A stretch of 32,659 nt of DNA from a virus (Duplodnaviria > Caudoviricetes): positions 1 to 32,659 of IMG/VR virus record IMGVR_UViG_3300033076_001440, one strand, 5' to 3'. The position numbers and the translations under genes were made by a program. Shown here piece by piece: positions 32,394 through 32,659 of this stretch. Positions within the stretch are counted from its first letter, which is position 1. The number at the start of each line of letters is the position of its first letter. Under the pieces are notes generated by a model. That model saw only the letters and a list, made by a program, of their open reading frames with translations, was not told the DNA's origin and did no database searches.

Positions 32394-32659
32394 TTATTGG
32401 ATCACTTCGTAACTGATGGAGTAAGTAATCCCGCTGCCCGTGCCGGAGGTTACCGTGATGGATGTTCCTTCCATCAGATAAATGGCCGTGGTCTTGTCCG
32501 CAACCACCAACGAAGAATTGGCCGGGACAGAAACCGTGGAGACAATCGGGAATGCCGTGCCACCCGCAGGAGCCGAGCCTTGAGCAACCGCACCGTTGGT
32601 GTAAATCGACACCGTGCAGTTGACTGCGTTCGTGCCGTCCACGTTTGCAGCTACGATCT
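32394..32659 (-). CDS. 3' part of a phage virion structural protein from an unrelated tailed phage (foreign flank)
   Basis: IVAANVDGTNAVNCTV...STVSVPANSSLVV.DKTTAIYLMEG.SI...SISYEVI. Open to the window edge. Confidence 0.75.
   Translation of the reverse strand, partial: IVAANVDGTNAVNCTVSIYTNGAVAQGSAPAGGTAFPIVSTVSVPANSSLVVADKTTAIYLMEGTSITVTSGTGSGITYSISYEVIQ

Overview
The window holds what looks like a complete ~32.2 kb Mu-like transposable phage or prophage (TG at 75 to CA at 32252), bounded by inverted transposase-binding-type repeats and flanked by 74 bp (left) and 407 bp (right) of unrelated DNA with no target-site duplication. All genes run outward from a central repressor/Ner-like switch at ~22.1 kb. 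The leftward (minus) arm has Ner-like, ParB-like, DDE transposase, a 3-gene insert, MuB-like AAA+ ATPase and small early genes. It continues into MuF with a metallopeptidase extension, a degenerate mini-PolX, gpG, protease/scaffold, capsid, neck, two paralogous tube-like proteins, a -1 frameshifted chaperone, tape measure and a terminal accessory operon. The rightward (plus) arm has the repressor, a GYF-like membrane protein, gp25/gp26-like genes, small membrane/lysis genes, tail fibre, an L,D-transpeptidase-like endolysin, both terminase subunits and portal. Unusual points are the head operon split between portal and MuF, a free-standing paralog of the transposase C-terminal barrel inside a 29-bp direct-repeat cassette, a D-E-E type active site, a PolX pseudo-enzyme, twin late-promoter motifs and SD-less AATCCCC leaders. 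No sheath, Gin, Mom, Gam or clear Mor/C was seen. A Verrucomicrobiota-like host is an inference only. Family assignments come from motif recognition by eye, not from database searches.
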